Positions 14,251 through 28,408 of a stretch of DNA of 64,000 nt are shown piece by piece. Origin of the DNA: Eledone cirrhosa. Taxonomy: Eukaryota. The notes beneath the pieces were generated by a model. It was not told the DNA's origin and searched no databases. It worked only from the letters and a program-made list of their open reading frames with translations. Made by a program: the position numbers and the translations under genes. Position 1 is the first letter of the stretch. Each line of letters opens with the position of its first letter. The stretch is from NCBI GenBank assembly GCA_964016885.1, contig OZ024755.1, positions 12,462,001 to 12,526,000 on the forward strand. The letters are read 5' to 3'.

Positions 14251-14669
14251 GTGGGTAGGAAGAGAGTTCCGAGGGTGTGTGGAGGAGTGGTGGAGAGACA
14301 TTTAGGAGAAGAAATAAAAGGGGGTAGGAGTAGAAGGGAGTATACATACACACACAAACACCAGACAGACAACCCTCAGCAAATTACTCACTCAGCTGTA
14401 TATAATCTGGTCTGGCCCGCTATGAAGAATATATAAACGGTATTAATGTTATTATTCATAGATCACTTCAGTAAAGATCCAAGAGTTATTGTGACTAAAT
14501 TAGGAATTTACCAACAACGACAACATATTGTAGAGTCAATTCATTCGAATATAACCGAATATAGTCTCCGCTTTGCACTTTACAGAGGCGGAACGAGGAG
14601 ACGGAACGAGGAGACGATAGAACGTGACAACCTTTCATTCGTTGATTCAGACTATTATTGTTTGTCAAG

Positions 14670-14861
14670 GCGGTGGATTGGCAGTGTCGGTAGAGGGTCG
14701 GACGCCATGCTTTGAAGTATAGAGTTACGGCCCTTGCCATTCTGAGTTCAAATCCCGCCGAGGATAACTTTGCCTTTCATCCTTACGGGGTCGATAAAAT
14801 AAAGTACCAGTAATGTACTGAGATAATTACTGGCCTTGTGCCAAAAGTAGAAACAATTATT
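14670..14861 (+). mobile_element. SINE family A with TSD
   Basis: Full length, with attgtttgtcaa on both sides. Confidence 0.85.
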
Positions 14862-15069
14862 GTTTGTCAAATACACACACACAGACATACACACATACAT
14901 ATACATAGACGTTAATCATGTGAGTGAGTGTATATAGACACACACACACAAAAAAACTTATCTATATTACACATGGTAGAGAGAACATCTATTTCAAAAT
15001 CGCTTATTGTCAACATAACCACACTCACACACGTGTGTGTGTGTGTATATATATGTGTGTGTATGCATA

Positions 15070-15174
<105 letters not shown>

Positions 15175-16202
15175 TGTGTTTAAAGTGCTGACCTGACCCG
15201 ATTTAAAGGGTGGAAGGACGAAGAGAAGAGGGAGTGTGGACGGAAGAAAGGTTTTCAGTTTTTAAAAAAAGGAAACGAAAGGATATGCGGGTAGGGGTAG
15301 TGAAGGTAAGGGTATAGGGTGTGAAGACTCGGTACCCAGCAACAACGAAGGGTGGATCATATTTCACTACGCAGACCATAACCAGTAAACCATTAGTGAC
15401 ACTACCATAAACATTATAACCACTCATTACTTCTCAGAGCCGGGAATTGATATAGTGTCATATATTAGGACACTAAAACAGTGACTCAGGGAAGAGGCCT
15501 ATACGGAAGCATATATAATGTTTATGTCTAAGAAACATGCCTAAGTCTTGCTATTAATTATTAAATCACAGCTTAAATACCCACAGCGTAACATGTGTTT
15601 ATTGTACATACACACAAATGCTTACACGTGGTTGACTAAACATTTATTAACAATTGAAATTCTAAATTTTACTCTCTCTGGCTCTCTTTGTGCGTGCGTG
15701 CGTGCGTGCGTGTGTGTCTCGGGCTCTCTGTTTCTGGCTCTCGCTGTTTCTCTCTGTCTCTGGCTCTTACTGTGTGTCTCTCTCTGTGTCTCTCCCTCTC
15801 TCTCTCTGTCTGCTTGTGCGTATAATTAACTTTTAATTATGTGTGTATATGTATGGTGTGTTATGCAAAAGCGCGACGAAATTGGCTGAGGTATAAACAT
15901 TGTGTGAAGCTGATAAGTTTATGTGTCTGAACCATTAGTTGCAATAAATTGGGTCTAATCTTCTAGATTGTCTAATCTTCCTCCCAAACCACACGAATTT
16001 GTTTGCTGTGGAAAGAAAAGGAAAAAGACGAACTTAACGTTTCGGAACTGTCTCTTCATCAAGAGAAACCTAACGTTTCATCTAACACAAAAAATGTAAA
16101 AGATCCCTCAGACATGCAGGGTGAGTCTAGAAACGTCAGATTTCAGCTTTCCCCCTACTCCACCACCTCACTAATAGGGGTAAAGACTCCCTTCGATCAC
16201 GA

Positions 16203-16519
16203 ATGATCATGGGATTTGCACCTATAAAATTCCCCTCCGAGGCACAAGTCCAGGCAAGGTTGTTTGTGGAAGACCAGTAGTCGCCCATGCATACCAGCCT
16301 CCCCTCTCCACGCCACTGATGATGTCCAAGGGAAAGGCAATGACCGACATAGCTTGGCACCAGTGACGTCGCAACTCATTTCTACAGCCGAGTAAACCGG
16401 AGCAACGTGAAATAAAGTGTCTTGCTCAAGAACACAACGCAAAGCCCGGTTCAAGAACCGAACTCGTAATCTCGTGATTGTAAGCCCGACGCTCTAACCA
16501 CTAAGCCATGAGCCTCCAC
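16203..16519 (-). mobile_element. tRNA-derived SINE, family B
   Basis: The minus strand has a tRNA-like head (ggcttagtggttagagcg...gagttcggttc), then cttgagcaagacactttatttcacgttgctcc. Partial relatives lie at about 21798-21935(+), 37625-37911(-), 52790-52938(-) and 53715-53840(-). Confidence 0.75.
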
Positions 16520-16532
16520 TCACATGTGCGCT

Positions 16533-16760
16533 TTAACCCTTTAGTATTTAAACTGGCCATATCCGGCCAGAATTCACTCACCTCTTTCTGTCCAAACCAG
16601 TCATAACCAGCTGCTCATACTTATGTTACGGTATTGTTCTCAAAATACATAATACCAAAATCTCATAGATTCGATATTGTGTGAGATAATTATGTAAGAT
16701 AAACCTTTTACTGTGAAAATATAAGAGTAAATATAGAGTTATGTAAAAGTTAAAGGGTTA
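16533..16760. mobile_element. piggyBac-like MITE
   Basis: TTAA-ccctttagtattt ... aaagttaaaggg-TTAA termini. A related truncated copy lies at 30011-30163. Confidence 0.6.
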
Positions 16761-16898
16761 ATATAAAACCTCTCAGACGATGTCTAGAATCCTCGTCGCC
16801 CTAATGACAAGCGAACTCACCCCACGATTGGTGAACTTCTATATTTAGTTCTGTTTCTCCAAATATTAATATACAAACATCCAATGATAAATGACATT

Positions 16899-17175
16899 GG
16901 TGAATTGGCAGAGGGTCGGACGCCATGCTTTAGTTACGTCCCTTTACGGTCTGAGTTCAAATCCCGTCGAGGTTAACTTTGCCTTTCATCCTTACGGGGT
17001 CGATAAAATAAAGTACCAGTAATGTACTGGGTATTTGCTGGCCTTGTGACAAAAGTAGAAACAATTATTTGACGAGGTTAACTTTGCCTTTCATCCTTAC
17101 GGGGTCGATAAAATAAAGTACCAGTAATGTACTAGGTGATTGCTGGCCTTGTGCCAAAAGTAGAAACAATTATTT
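16899..17175 (+). mobile_element. SINE family A with tandemly duplicated 3' half
   Basis: cgaggttaactttgcc...gaaacaattatttga occurs twice in tandem. Confidence 0.8.
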
Positions 17176-17438
17176 GATAAGATAAAATCTACTGAGACTA
17201 CCATCAATATATATATAATTCCAATTGATGTTTCAAGACTATTTGTTGTCAGATTAGTTAAGTGTTGCTATTGTCACAGTAGCTGCAACTCTACCACCAC
17301 CGCCACCACTACTACTACAGATGTTACTAACACCACTACGACTACTGCCACAACAACTACAGCAACCACTAATACGATCACAGCTATATATTTATATACA
17401 TACACACACATACACATATATATATATATATATATATA

Positions 17439-18002
17439 CATGGTGGCTGCCAACTCGTTTTCGAGTACGGCCACTACTTCATATCCATGTAGGAGAACCC
17501 CTACCGATGCGCTGAACGAGTGTGGCTTTTTAGTCCAGCCAGCAACTTGAAAACTCTGGTACAAACACTACACTTGTGACAATTATTGACACATAGTGCT
17601 GGGCCCATGGTACCATGTGACGACAAGTGCAGAGAGATCTCCAGATGTAAAGCAATGCCTGTGCCGTGAAGCTTTTATAGTGAGCAAAGGCACTGCACAA
17701 AGCCAGTCCCACTCTCTTAACCAAGATGATATTTACCAAAAAGAAGAACAAGTCAACATCATTGGATACTCTCAGGGTTGCAGGTGTTATATCAGAGTTT
17801 TCCTCCTAGAATTTTGCCTTGAGAAAGGCTAAGGGGTCATCTCTCCCGGTGATTTTGGATGGCCATTGACTCTTAAGAGCTCCTTTGCCCTTTGACGGGT
17901 TCTGTTTTTAGTCCTGCAGGATGTCCAAAGTCACCCTCCCCACCAAGAAACCTTGGTGGGGTTGCCAGTTTAGTCGCCAACGACCTGACCATGAGACAGG
18001 TT
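17439..18002 (-). mobile_element. Non-autonomous RTE-type retroposon, copy 2 (5' truncated by ~55 bp)
   Basis: Aligns along its length with 9457-10057. Confidence 0.75.
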
Positions 18003-18254
18003 ATACATATACACACACATATACATATATACACATATATATACACATATATATACACACATATATATATACACACATATATATATACACACATCTATAT
18101 ACACATATATATATACACACATCTATATACACACATATACACATATATATATATACACACATATATACACACATATATACACACACACACATACACATAT
18201 ATATATATACACACATATATATACACACACATACACATATATATATATACACAC

Positions 18255-18287
<33 letters not shown>

Positions 18288-18558
18288 TATATACACACAC
18301 ATATATACACATATATATATGCACACACATATATATATATATATATATCTACACACACATATATCTACACACACATATATAGATATATGTATATATATAT
18401 ATACACACACATATATATACACACACACACATATATAGATATATGTATATATACACACACACACACATATATACACACACACACACACACATATATATAT
18501 ACATATATATTAAAGAATGATTTTGCAAAGAACCACGACACGTGAATTCTAACTATAA

Positions 18559-19336
18559 AATAATTGTTTCTACTTTTGGCACAGGGCCATCAAATACCCA
18601 GTACATTACTGGTACTTTATTTTATCGACCCCGTAAGGATGAAAGGCAAAGTTAACCTCGGCGGAATTTGAACTCAGAACGTAAAGGGCCATAACTCTAT
18701 GTTGCAAGGCATGGTGTCTGACGTTCTACTGAATAACATTAATGATTTCTATTTCAGGAACATGGCCAATAATTTGAAAGAAGAAGAAAGTCCATTAAAT
18801 CCAGCAGTGCTTGACAAATATTTTATCGATTCCGAATGATGAAAGGCAAACTTAACTATGGTGGGATTTGAACTCAGCCTCTAATGGGCCGGAACAAATA
18901 CCGCTAGGCATTTTGCTCGACGTTCTTACGATTCTGCCGACCCACTATTCATTGCCAATCGACTATAATAATTGTTTCTACTTTTGGCACAAGGCCAGCA
19001 ATTATCCCAGTGTATTACTGGTACTTTATTTTATCGACCCTGTAAGGATGAAAGGCAAAGTTAAACTCGGCGGGATTTGAACTCAGATCATAAAGGGAGG
19101 TAACTATGCTTCAAAGCATGGCGTCCGACCCTCTACCGATACTGCCAATCCACCCCCAATCCAATCGACTATAATAATTGTTTCTACTTTAGGCACAAGG
19201 CCAGCAATTACCCAGTGTATTACTGGTACTTTATTTTATCGACCCCGTAAGGAAGAAAGACAAAGTCAAGAAGAAAGGGACATAATTCTATGCTGCAGAG
19301 CATGGAGTCCGAATCTACTGATACTGCCAATCCACC
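18559..19336 (-). mobile_element. Cluster of four minus-strand SINEs
   Basis: Units at about 18559-18730, 18750-18945 (older variant), 18967-19154 and 19173-19336. Confidence 0.8.
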
Positions 19337-19366
19337 TCATAATAATATGATTTTCTATTTCAGAGC

Positions 19367-19510
19367 TCCTACAGTTTGGAAGAGAGGCTGCTTTCATGTA
19401 TATGGACACACGATCGTGTTTATTGAGGATGTGTGACATGACTTTACTGCAAGATTCGGCAAACCAGCTCCTCCGAAGAGGACGATACTGCGATGGAAAC
19501 AAACTGTTTC
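19367..19510 (+). mobile_element. Tc1/mariner-type transposase N-terminal HTH remnant
   Basis: LEERLLSCIWTHDR ... HDFTARFGKPAPPKRTILRWKQ, interrupted. It resembles transposase N-terminal HTH regions. Confidence 0.45.
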
Positions 19511-19623
19511 TCATTACTTTTTGGTAGGAGTGGGTGAAAAAACTTCTGTACGTCAATACTCATCCTTTTCCACTTTTTAGAGGGTTTTAAACCCCACTAT
19601 CAGTCTAAAATTTCTTTTATTTC

Positions 19624-19688
<65 letters not shown>

Positions 19689-19789
19689 GGGGAGAAGAAT
19701 ACTGCATGGTTGCACATGGATTACATATTATAAAATTAGTCCCTCATCAGTGATTTGCCAACGATCATATATATATATATATATATATA

Positions 19790-19916
19790 GGGAAAGAGTC
19801 AGGACCCCGACGGCTGAGCGCCGGTCGTTTCGACAGCTAGATCCGAACTAACCCAGCGGTATTAGGACGGCAGGGACCTAGCTTTGCTCCACCGTCGGGG
19901 TCCTGACTCTTTTCCT
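19790..19916. mobile_element. Inverted-end element related to the gaccccgacgg family
   Basis: ggaaagagtcaggaccccgacgg ... ccgtcggggtcctgactcttttcc between (TA)n tracts. Confidence 0.55.
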
Positions 19917-19980
19917 ATATATATATATTCACGTATACACCCATACACACACGTAGTGTGTATCTGAGCTCGTGAACATG

Positions 19981-20014
<34 letters not shown>

Positions 20015-20484
20015 CAATAGAGAGAGGAGACAGATGACTTTGGTATTAATACAATCGTTTGTAATGTCTGAACATTAGCCACACGTAATCTGTCTATATT
20101 TACAGCGCCTTTCTAGTAATGATACTGTTGGCATTTTAGTTGTATTACTGTGACAATTATACATACACACTTTCACACATACACACTCTCTGTTACACAC
20201 AGACAGCTTCGACAGTTACTGTATGGCATGCACGCGGCATTGACAAATTATTAAAGAGTTTGCTTCGCAATCATTAGGTCTCGGGTTCGATTCCTTTGCG
20301 TGCCATCTTGGGAATGTGTTATTTACCTTAGCTTCGGGTCGGTCCATGCCTTGTGGGTAAAACTGCATAGACGGACATTGTTAGGAAGCCTGTCTGATGG
20401 ACTACATATAACAAAGGACGTGCCTTGTCAGAAACTGTAACACGCTGAATCTCCCTGAGAATTACGTCAAGCTTACACGATAAT

Positions 20485-20900
20485 AATAATGTTTCTACTT
20501 TTGGCACAAGGCCAACAAATACTCCAGTACATTACTGGTACTTTATTTTATCGACCCCGTAAGGATGAAATGCAAAGTTAACCTCAGCGGAATTTGAACT
20601 CAGAACGTAAAGGGCCATAACTTTGCTGCAAAGCATGGTGTCTGATGCTCTACATGGTGTCTGGCGCTCTACATGGTGTCTGGCGCTCTACCGATACTGA
20701 ATAACATTAATGATTTCTATTTCAGGAACATGGCCAATCCTTTGGAGGAAGAAGAAAGTCCATTAAATCCAGCAGTGCTTGAGAAAAATTTTATGAAAGA
20801 CAAACTTAACAATGGTGGGATTTGAACTCAGCTTGTAATTGGCCGGAACAAATACCGCTAGGCATTTTGCCCGACGTTCTAATGATCTGCCAACCCGCTG
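20485..20900 (-). mobile_element. Two minus-strand SINEs, paralogous to 18559-18945
   Basis: Same two units with the same junction sequence. Confidence 0.75.
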
Positions 20901-21029
20901 TTCATTGCCAATCGACTTTAGTAATAAGAAGAGAGGGGAAGAAATAGACTCCAACTTGTAACAACATTAATAACAGTGGCTGTTTTATTACAGCAATTAA
21001 AATGTCATCTTTCAAGTGTACACAGGTTA

Positions 21030-21170
21030 AAGAGGAAGGACAAACAGAGAGCTGGAAAGAGGAGGGACAAACAGAGAGCTGGAAAGAGGAGGGACAAAGA
21101 GAGAGATGGAAAGAGGAGGGACAAAGAGAGAGATGGAAAGAGGAGGGACAAAGAGAGAGCTGGAAAGAAG
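21030..21170. repeat. 27-bp minisatellite, ~5 copies
   Basis: Unit aagaggagggacaaacagagagctgga. Confidence 0.9.
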
Positions 21171-21284
21171 AGTTAAACAGAGATAAACATACATAAGGAC
21201 ATTTAAACGGTGGAACAGACTGTTATCTTGAAAAATAAAATAAAATAATAATATATATATATACATATATATGTGTGTATATAC

Positions 21285-21330
<46 letters not shown>

Positions 21331-22947
21331 GCGCGCGCATACATTCATTTTATACTAGTTTCTACAGCCAGTGGAAAGAAAATGTCACCGTGATTGCACA
21401 GTCTTAGAAAATAGCTATTTTATTCGTTTGGTATAAAACAATAAAAAAAAGAACGACACAAACAACGATGACGACATACTCGGTGTCGTCACGTGATATC
21501 GAATGAGTCATACTTCAAAGAAGGCTTCATTTTCAGATAACTAAGTAATATATTTAGAACATGTTAACCTCGTTAGAGCCCGGCTTCCTAAATTGATAAA
21601 CTCACAAATCTCAGCAAAACACCCCTAGCCCCACCAACACATCCCTACCCCCACCAAGACACCCCTACCCTCACCAGACATCAAGGGTGGCTTCATTTTC
21701 AGATAAGTAATATTTGGTCCCTCATTTTGGCATAAGGCCAGAAAATCTGATGGGACGCCAAAGTTGATTAAATGAAGTCCAGTACTTCATTAACGACAGC
21801 GCATGTCTTAGTGGTTCGAGTATTGGGCTTGCAATCGAAAGGTTGTGAGTTCAATTCTCGGACTGGGTGATGTGTTGTTTCCTTGAGCAAGACATTTTAT
21901 TACACGTTGCTCCAGTTTACTCAGCTGTAGAACTGGGGTCCCTATCATTAAATTAACCAAGGCACCTCCAACGAGATATACCTTGGAGGAGGCCAGCTAA
22001 ACCTGCATAGGTGTGAGCTGTCACACCACACACACACAGTACTTCATTGGTACTATATTTTATCGATCCCCTGAAGAGTGGAAGACAAAGTTGAACACGG
22101 CGGGATTTGAACTCATAATGTAAAGCAATAGTATTTTATCCAACGCACTTTTGATATCAAGCTCCCTGAAACTGCCCCAGATTTTATGATAGAAAAACTA
22201 CCTGTTTAAACGTATGTATACATATGTATTAAAAGCTTCGCCCTCACACAGAAACTATAAAAATAATCGGTATTCTATTAATAGCAAAATTAATATGTTG
22301 TCAACGATGAAACAGATAACATTTATGTACACTAACCTGATATTTGACCAACATTTATGTATATGTGAGGAATTACCGAGGCCACAACTTGCAGTTAATC
22401 TTAAGAGGATTAATTCGGCTAACGATTATAATTAATCCAATCGGAATGTCTAATTCGCAAAAATCACAGGACAGTCTATTTAAGCTTAGGTGATTGGTGA
22501 TATTGTTGCTAGTATGTTAGAATTGTTTGATAAATTAGTGTAGGTATGCGTATGTCTTCGTATATGAAGTGGCGGAGAATAGCAAACATCACGGGCGCTC
22601 TATCTCAAAATTATTTTTGAAAAGCATTAGAAATGCGCAACCGGTAAACACTTAAAACCAAAACTGAATACTAACCAATACTTATTCCTAATTAAACTAT
22701 TTTTCACTGGGTACAATTTGTCAGCATTTTCTTTTCCTTTTACCAATATATATATATATAGTTGAAAATTGCAAACTTGACTGTCACCACATATTATGAA
22801 CCTGAAGATTGCGAAAGCATGAAAGTACTTGTGCAATTAACACTTAGAATTTAATATTCTATCATACTATTTCATTATAATACCATTATAAATTTTAAAG
22901 GATTGTAAATAAAACGAGTAAATCAGACAAAGTTGGAATTCCTCTTA

Positions 22948-22994
<47 letters not shown>

Positions 22995-23239
22995 TGTCCT
23001 TAGAATTATTAGATAAAATATATACCATTTCCTCTCCCAATTAGCATAATTAAACATATAAAAAAACCAATTAGACCAGGCTATAAGAATAAAGGCTTCT
23101 ATGAAGAAATTTTCGACAAATAACTGAAAGCGGCCACTTCGCGGTGACCCCAATAGGGTATTTATCCAACATTTCAACAGCATGTAGAAACTGACTTAAT
23201 ATACCGTCAACCAAATTTACACCTAATTGTGTATGGTTC

Positions 23240-23845
23240 GCCAAACCACTGCAATGGTTCTGATGCATAACATTCAGATTAAACATGGACTGGTGGTATC
23301 TAAGTTATATTCCATCGCCAAACCACTGCAATGGTTCTGATGCATAACATTCAGATTAAACATGGACTGGTGGTATCTAAGTTATATTCCATCGCCAAAC
23401 CACTGCAATGGTTCTGATGCATAACATTCAGATTAAACATGGACTGGTGGTATCTAAGTTATAGTCCATTGCCAAACCACTGCAATGGTTTTGATATTTA
23501 AAAAATAGACACCACCAGTCCACATTTTATCTATTTTTTAAATATCAAAACCATTGCAGTGGTTTGGCAATGGACTATAACTTAGATACCACCAGTCCAT
23601 GTTTAATCTGAATTTTATGCATCAGGACCATTGCAGTGGTTTGGCGATGGAATATAACTTAGCTGTCATCAGTCCACATTTTATCTAAGTTATATTCCAT
23701 TGCCAAACCACTGCAGTGGGTCTGATGCTTAAAATTAAGATTAAATATGGACTGGTGGTGTCTAAGTTATATTCCATTGCCAAACCACTGCAGTGGTTTT
23801 GGTACTTAAAAAGTAGATTAGATGTGGACTGATGACGGCTAAGCA
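23240..23845. repeat. 77-bp tandem repeat with an internal inverted block
   Basis: gccaaaccactgcaatggtt units start at 23240, 23317, 23394 and 23471. Inverted units span about 23500-23685, and the forward orientation resumes from about 23690. Confidence 0.9.
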
Positions 23846-24270
23846 GCAATTGGTTTAGCTTTCCACTCGTAGAAAAGGTTAAACAGATTCTCAGTTGTTT
23901 ATTTGTTTATCAGGGTATATACGAATAGAAATACATTTAGTGAGAAAAGCAAGGTTTTTATATAATTTTCGAGATTTTATGTATTTATTTGTTTCTTGTT
24001 TAGTCGAAATGAAATGAAGGAGTGACTACGTCGGGGAGAGCATCTCTCTTTCCCTCATCCCCTCTCTCTCTAATGGAACACAGAGTGGTAGTGTCTGGGG
24101 AGAGGATCTATGTATCTTTCTAATGGAACAAGAGAATCCTGAGAAGACTAGCGTAGGAATTGTTTTCTAAGGTCATATTAAAAGATCAGAAACTGAGCTG
24201 ATATAACCACTAAATCATGTGTGAAATGTTTTATTTTAGAATTTTGCCAACAGAATTGTCATTCAAAACT

Positions 24271-24304
<34 letters not shown>

Positions 24305-24309
<5 letters not shown>

Positions 24310-24378
24310 GTCCCCCAAAAATGTATACACGTTTTTTAGAATGCTGTTGTAGTGTGCATACATTTTTGGGGACACCGT
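24305..24378. mobile_element. Tc1/mariner-type MITE
   Basis: TIRs ggtgtcccccaaaaatgtatacac / gtgcatacatttttggggacacc. A related copy lies at 46372. Confidence 0.6.
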
Positions 24379-24444
24379 GTGTGTCTGTGTATACATACTG
24401 AGAGAGAATGATTTACGTAAAACACCGGTTGCGAGGCAACGTTG

Positions 24445-24960
24445 AGAGAGAGCGGGGGAGAGCGGGAGGGAGAGAGAGAGCGGGAGGGAGAGAGAGAGCG
24501 GGGGAGAGAGAGAGTGGGGGAGAGAGAGAGAGAGAGAGAGTGGGGGAGAGAGAGAGAGAGAGAGAGTGGGGGAGAGAGAGAGAGAGAGAGAGAGAGAGCG
24601 GGGGAGAGAGAGAGAGAGCGAGGGAGAGAGAGAGCGGGAGAGAGGGGGAGAGAGAGAGAGCGGGAGAGAGAGAGAGAGAGAACGGGAGAGAGAGAACGAG
24701 AGAGAGAGAGAGAACGAGAGAGAGAGAGAGAGAGAGAACGAGAGAGAGAGAGAATGAGAGAGAGAGAGAACGAGAACGGGAGAGAGAGAACGGGAGAGAG
24801 AACGGGAGAGAGAGAGAGAAGAGAGAGAGAGAACGGGAGAGAGAGAGAACGGGAGGGAGGGAACGGGAGAGAGAGAGAACGGGAGAGAGAGAGAGAGAGA
24901 GAGAGAACGGGAGAGAGAGAGAACGGGAGAGAGAGAGAACGGGAGAGAGAGAGAGAGCGG
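24445..24960. repeat. GA-rich polypurine satellite
   Basis: (GA)n with cggg/acgg interruptions. Confidence 0.9.
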
Positions 24961-26266
24961 TATAGAAAGGGACTGAAGGGTAGAGAAAAAGAGAAAAGTG
25001 ATAGAGAATAAACTGGATGAAAGAAAAAGCATGGAAGCAACGTCCTGATAGCAGATTCTACTATTGAGATACCACTACAGTGTTCAAATCTCTATGGAGT
25101 GGTAAATAGTAAATTGTAATGTCCCTGCTTTCCTCTATGACAATACTATAACTGCGCCATTGACCAGGTCGGAGACAGTACGACGAAAATTTTGATACCA
25201 AAAAATTATTTAGAAACATAATTACAAAAATTTTAGTTTTTTTTTAAACTTTCAATGTCACTTCTACGAATTAATTACATTAGGTTCAACACATGCTCTA
25301 GCTCAAGTTACTTGACAAAAATAATTTCGAAATATAAGACGATTTTTTTTCGAAAATAACGTGTCGCAAGGTAAAGAACCTCCTCTAACGAACGAATAAG
25401 TCCGAAACCTAAACATTTCTTATTTGAAATTTATCAAGGCTGACCAGGTTACTTGCTGAACATGACCTGCTATAGATATATACTTTTTGCCTCGTCATTT
25501 TAGTGGAAAGACTTTTGCACGTATTGTATTTTGTCTTAATCCGTTGTTCTTTAATCCCAGATAGTTATTGCTGCACTGAAGAGAACGATACGGACTACGT
25601 TAACCGAATTCGTATTGATGATAAACGGACAGCTGATGAGTGGGACGATTCCTTTTGTCCGTTTTTCCCCATTTTTCCAATGACTTTTCCTCTCTCCCAG
25701 TGCTAATTTTTGTCTAATATACATATATAAATTAAATAAGGTTTCTATAAAAACAAAGTCAAAACGCCCCGGGCAATAGAAAGAGAACACGTGCTATATA
25801 ATTCACTCATCATGAAAGGAAAGAAAATAGAAACCGGAACAAACATGGCTAACTTCCGGTCAAAAGCGAGCAAGAACACAAAGACATTTTTTTTTAAATG
25901 GCAAGTATTGTGGTTTTACTCTAATTAGTGTCAAGAGTTAAAGAAGATATATGAAGAGACACTCAGTGGATGGTTGGTATGGAGGTGGAGGTGGTGTAGC
26001 GGTGGAGGTGGTGTAGCGGTGAAGGTGGTGTGGAGGTGGAGTAGCGGTGGAGGTGGTGTAGCGGTGGAGGTGGTGTTGATGTGGAGGTGAGTATGTCTCT
26101 CAGTGTATAAGTGGGTATGTGTGTGTGTTCGCGAATATATGTGTGCGTATGTGTGAGTATGTATATATATATGATGCTTCAATATTGATTGACATATACT
26201 TGGTTATGTTGGTGACTACTTTAGTTACTTCTTTAACAATGAGGTGGTGTGATTATATTGCCATTA

Positions 26267-26422
26267 TGGTGGATTGGATGCCATGCTTTCCAGCATAGAG
26301 TTACGTCCCTTTATGGTCTGAGGTTAACTTTGCCTTTCATCCTTACGGAGGTTGATAAAAGAAAGTACCAGTAATGCACTAGGATAATTACTGGCTTTAT
26401 GCCAAAAGTAGAAACAATTATT
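26267..26422 (+). mobile_element. SINE family A, internally deleted
   Basis: Matches the consensus with two short deletions. Confidence 0.75.
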
Positions 26423-27504
26423 TAATTAGCCCTACATTAACCTAAATAGAGTAAATCCTTTGTCAAAAGTGTTCCAAGCATGACCATTCCATCTTTTATT
26501 CTCAGTTAGACATACTGTCTCTAGAATTAAATTATCCAATCTAGTCCTTGAAATTCCAAAGGCAAAGTATGGTTTGTAGGAGATTTGGCTGCTGTAGTTA
26601 GCAATAACAATCATATAGAGGCTCCCAAATGGCGCAAAGTTAAAAGTGTTCCAAGCATGACCATTCCATCTTTTGTTTTCAGACAGACAGACTGTCTCTA
26701 GAACTACATTATCCAACGTAGCCATTTTATTTTAGATGGCAATGTGATTCGAGGGAGATTTGGCTGCTATTCCTAGCAACCACAAACAGATTCTCTCCCT
26801 CCCTCGTTGATGCTGATCATTACGGATGGTAAGCTTGGTTATTACCACGGTTGGGTTAAAGATTATTCTAACCAAGGGTATAGAGCTTTCTCCTCCCACA
26901 TTCCACCGCCATTTTGTTTCTCTTCTTTTCTCATTATTATATTATAAACGTATTTTGTAATATTAAAAATTGAACAATGAAACAACACGATATATAAGGT
27001 GGTGTATTTCCTACTCAACTTTCACAAGCGTTCAGCCATTCATTCTTAGGAAGCCGTTATTGTTCATTTATTCATTAAAACATGTGTTATGTAACTTTGA
27101 TTGAGTAGGCGGTCTTCCTTCTCTTTATTATCTTCTTCCTCTGCTAAATAATTAATAATATCGAATAAAAAGAAGGGGTGACAAAGAGGCAGAAACGGTC
27201 GTGAGGTGGATAGGCGAATATATTGGAGAGAATGTGTGTGTGTATATATATATATATAAGTTTGATATATTTCTGCATTATCAGCAGTTTCAAAATACAA
27301 ATACGTCTGTCGCATCAGATGATAAAAAAAGTATTAAAAAACAAAATAAGATGGAGAATACAGCTTAAGGACAAGTTAATATAAATACTCTCAACATCTA
27401 AATGCGCTTACTGCTCTTTGCTTTCGTTTGCACCCATGCTTACACACACATATATATATACATACATATATACATACATACACACATATACATACACACA
27501 TATA

Positions 27505-27537
<33 letters not shown>

Positions 27538-27797
27538 TTATTTATTTATTTATTATATAACCAGATATATAGAGAAAGCATTCACTAGTTTTTATACATA
27601 TATTTCTGGAAGCTTTGGTTAAATTCTGTACTGACTAAAGATATGAAGTTATAGTATACTTAGTGCATGATTATATATTACATACATATGTCTTGTATTG
27701 ACATTATACATACATACATACATACATATGTCTCGTATTGACATACATACATCCATACATACATACATATGTCTCGTATTGAGATTATACATACATA

Positions 27798-28408
27798 CAT
27801 GGTGGCTGCCAACTTGTTTTCGAGTACGGCCACTACTTTATATCCATGTAGGAGAACCCCTACCGATGCGCTGAACGAGTGTGACTTTTTAGTCCAGCCA
27901 GCGACTTGAAAACTCTGGTACAAACACTACACTTGTGACAATTATTGACACATAGTGCTGGGCCCATGGTACCATGTGACGACAAGTGCAGAGAGATCTC
28001 CAGATATAAAGCAATGCCTGTGCCGTGAAGCTTTTATAGTGAGCAAAGGCACTGCACAAAGCCAGTCCCACTCTCTTAACCAAGATGATATTTACCAAAA
28101 AGAAGAACAAGTCAACATCATTGGATACCACCAGGGTTGTAGGCGTTATATCAGAGTTTTCCTTCTCCTAGAATTCTGCCTTGACAAAGGCTAAGGGGTC
28201 ATCGCTCCCGGTGATTTTGGATGGCCATTGACTCTTAAGAGGTCCTTTGCCCTTTGACAGGTTTTGTTTTTAGTCCTGCAGGATGTCCAAAGTCACCCTC
28301 CTCACCAAGAAACCTTGGTGGGGTTGCCAGTTTAGTCGCCAACGACCCGACCATGAGACAGGTTGTACTGGGATACATGTTACCAGTAGCACCAACTGGT
28401 GACCTGAC
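27798..28408 (-). mobile_element. Non-autonomous RTE-type retroposon, copy 3
   Basis: Full-length copy with (ACAT)n on both sides. Confidence 0.75.

Noticed and set aside
27270-27330. Minus-strand hammerhead-like ctgatgc...gaaactgctgata
   Set aside because: The core and stems are too degenerate. Similar weak relics near 16035-16065 and 46779-46791 were also not called.
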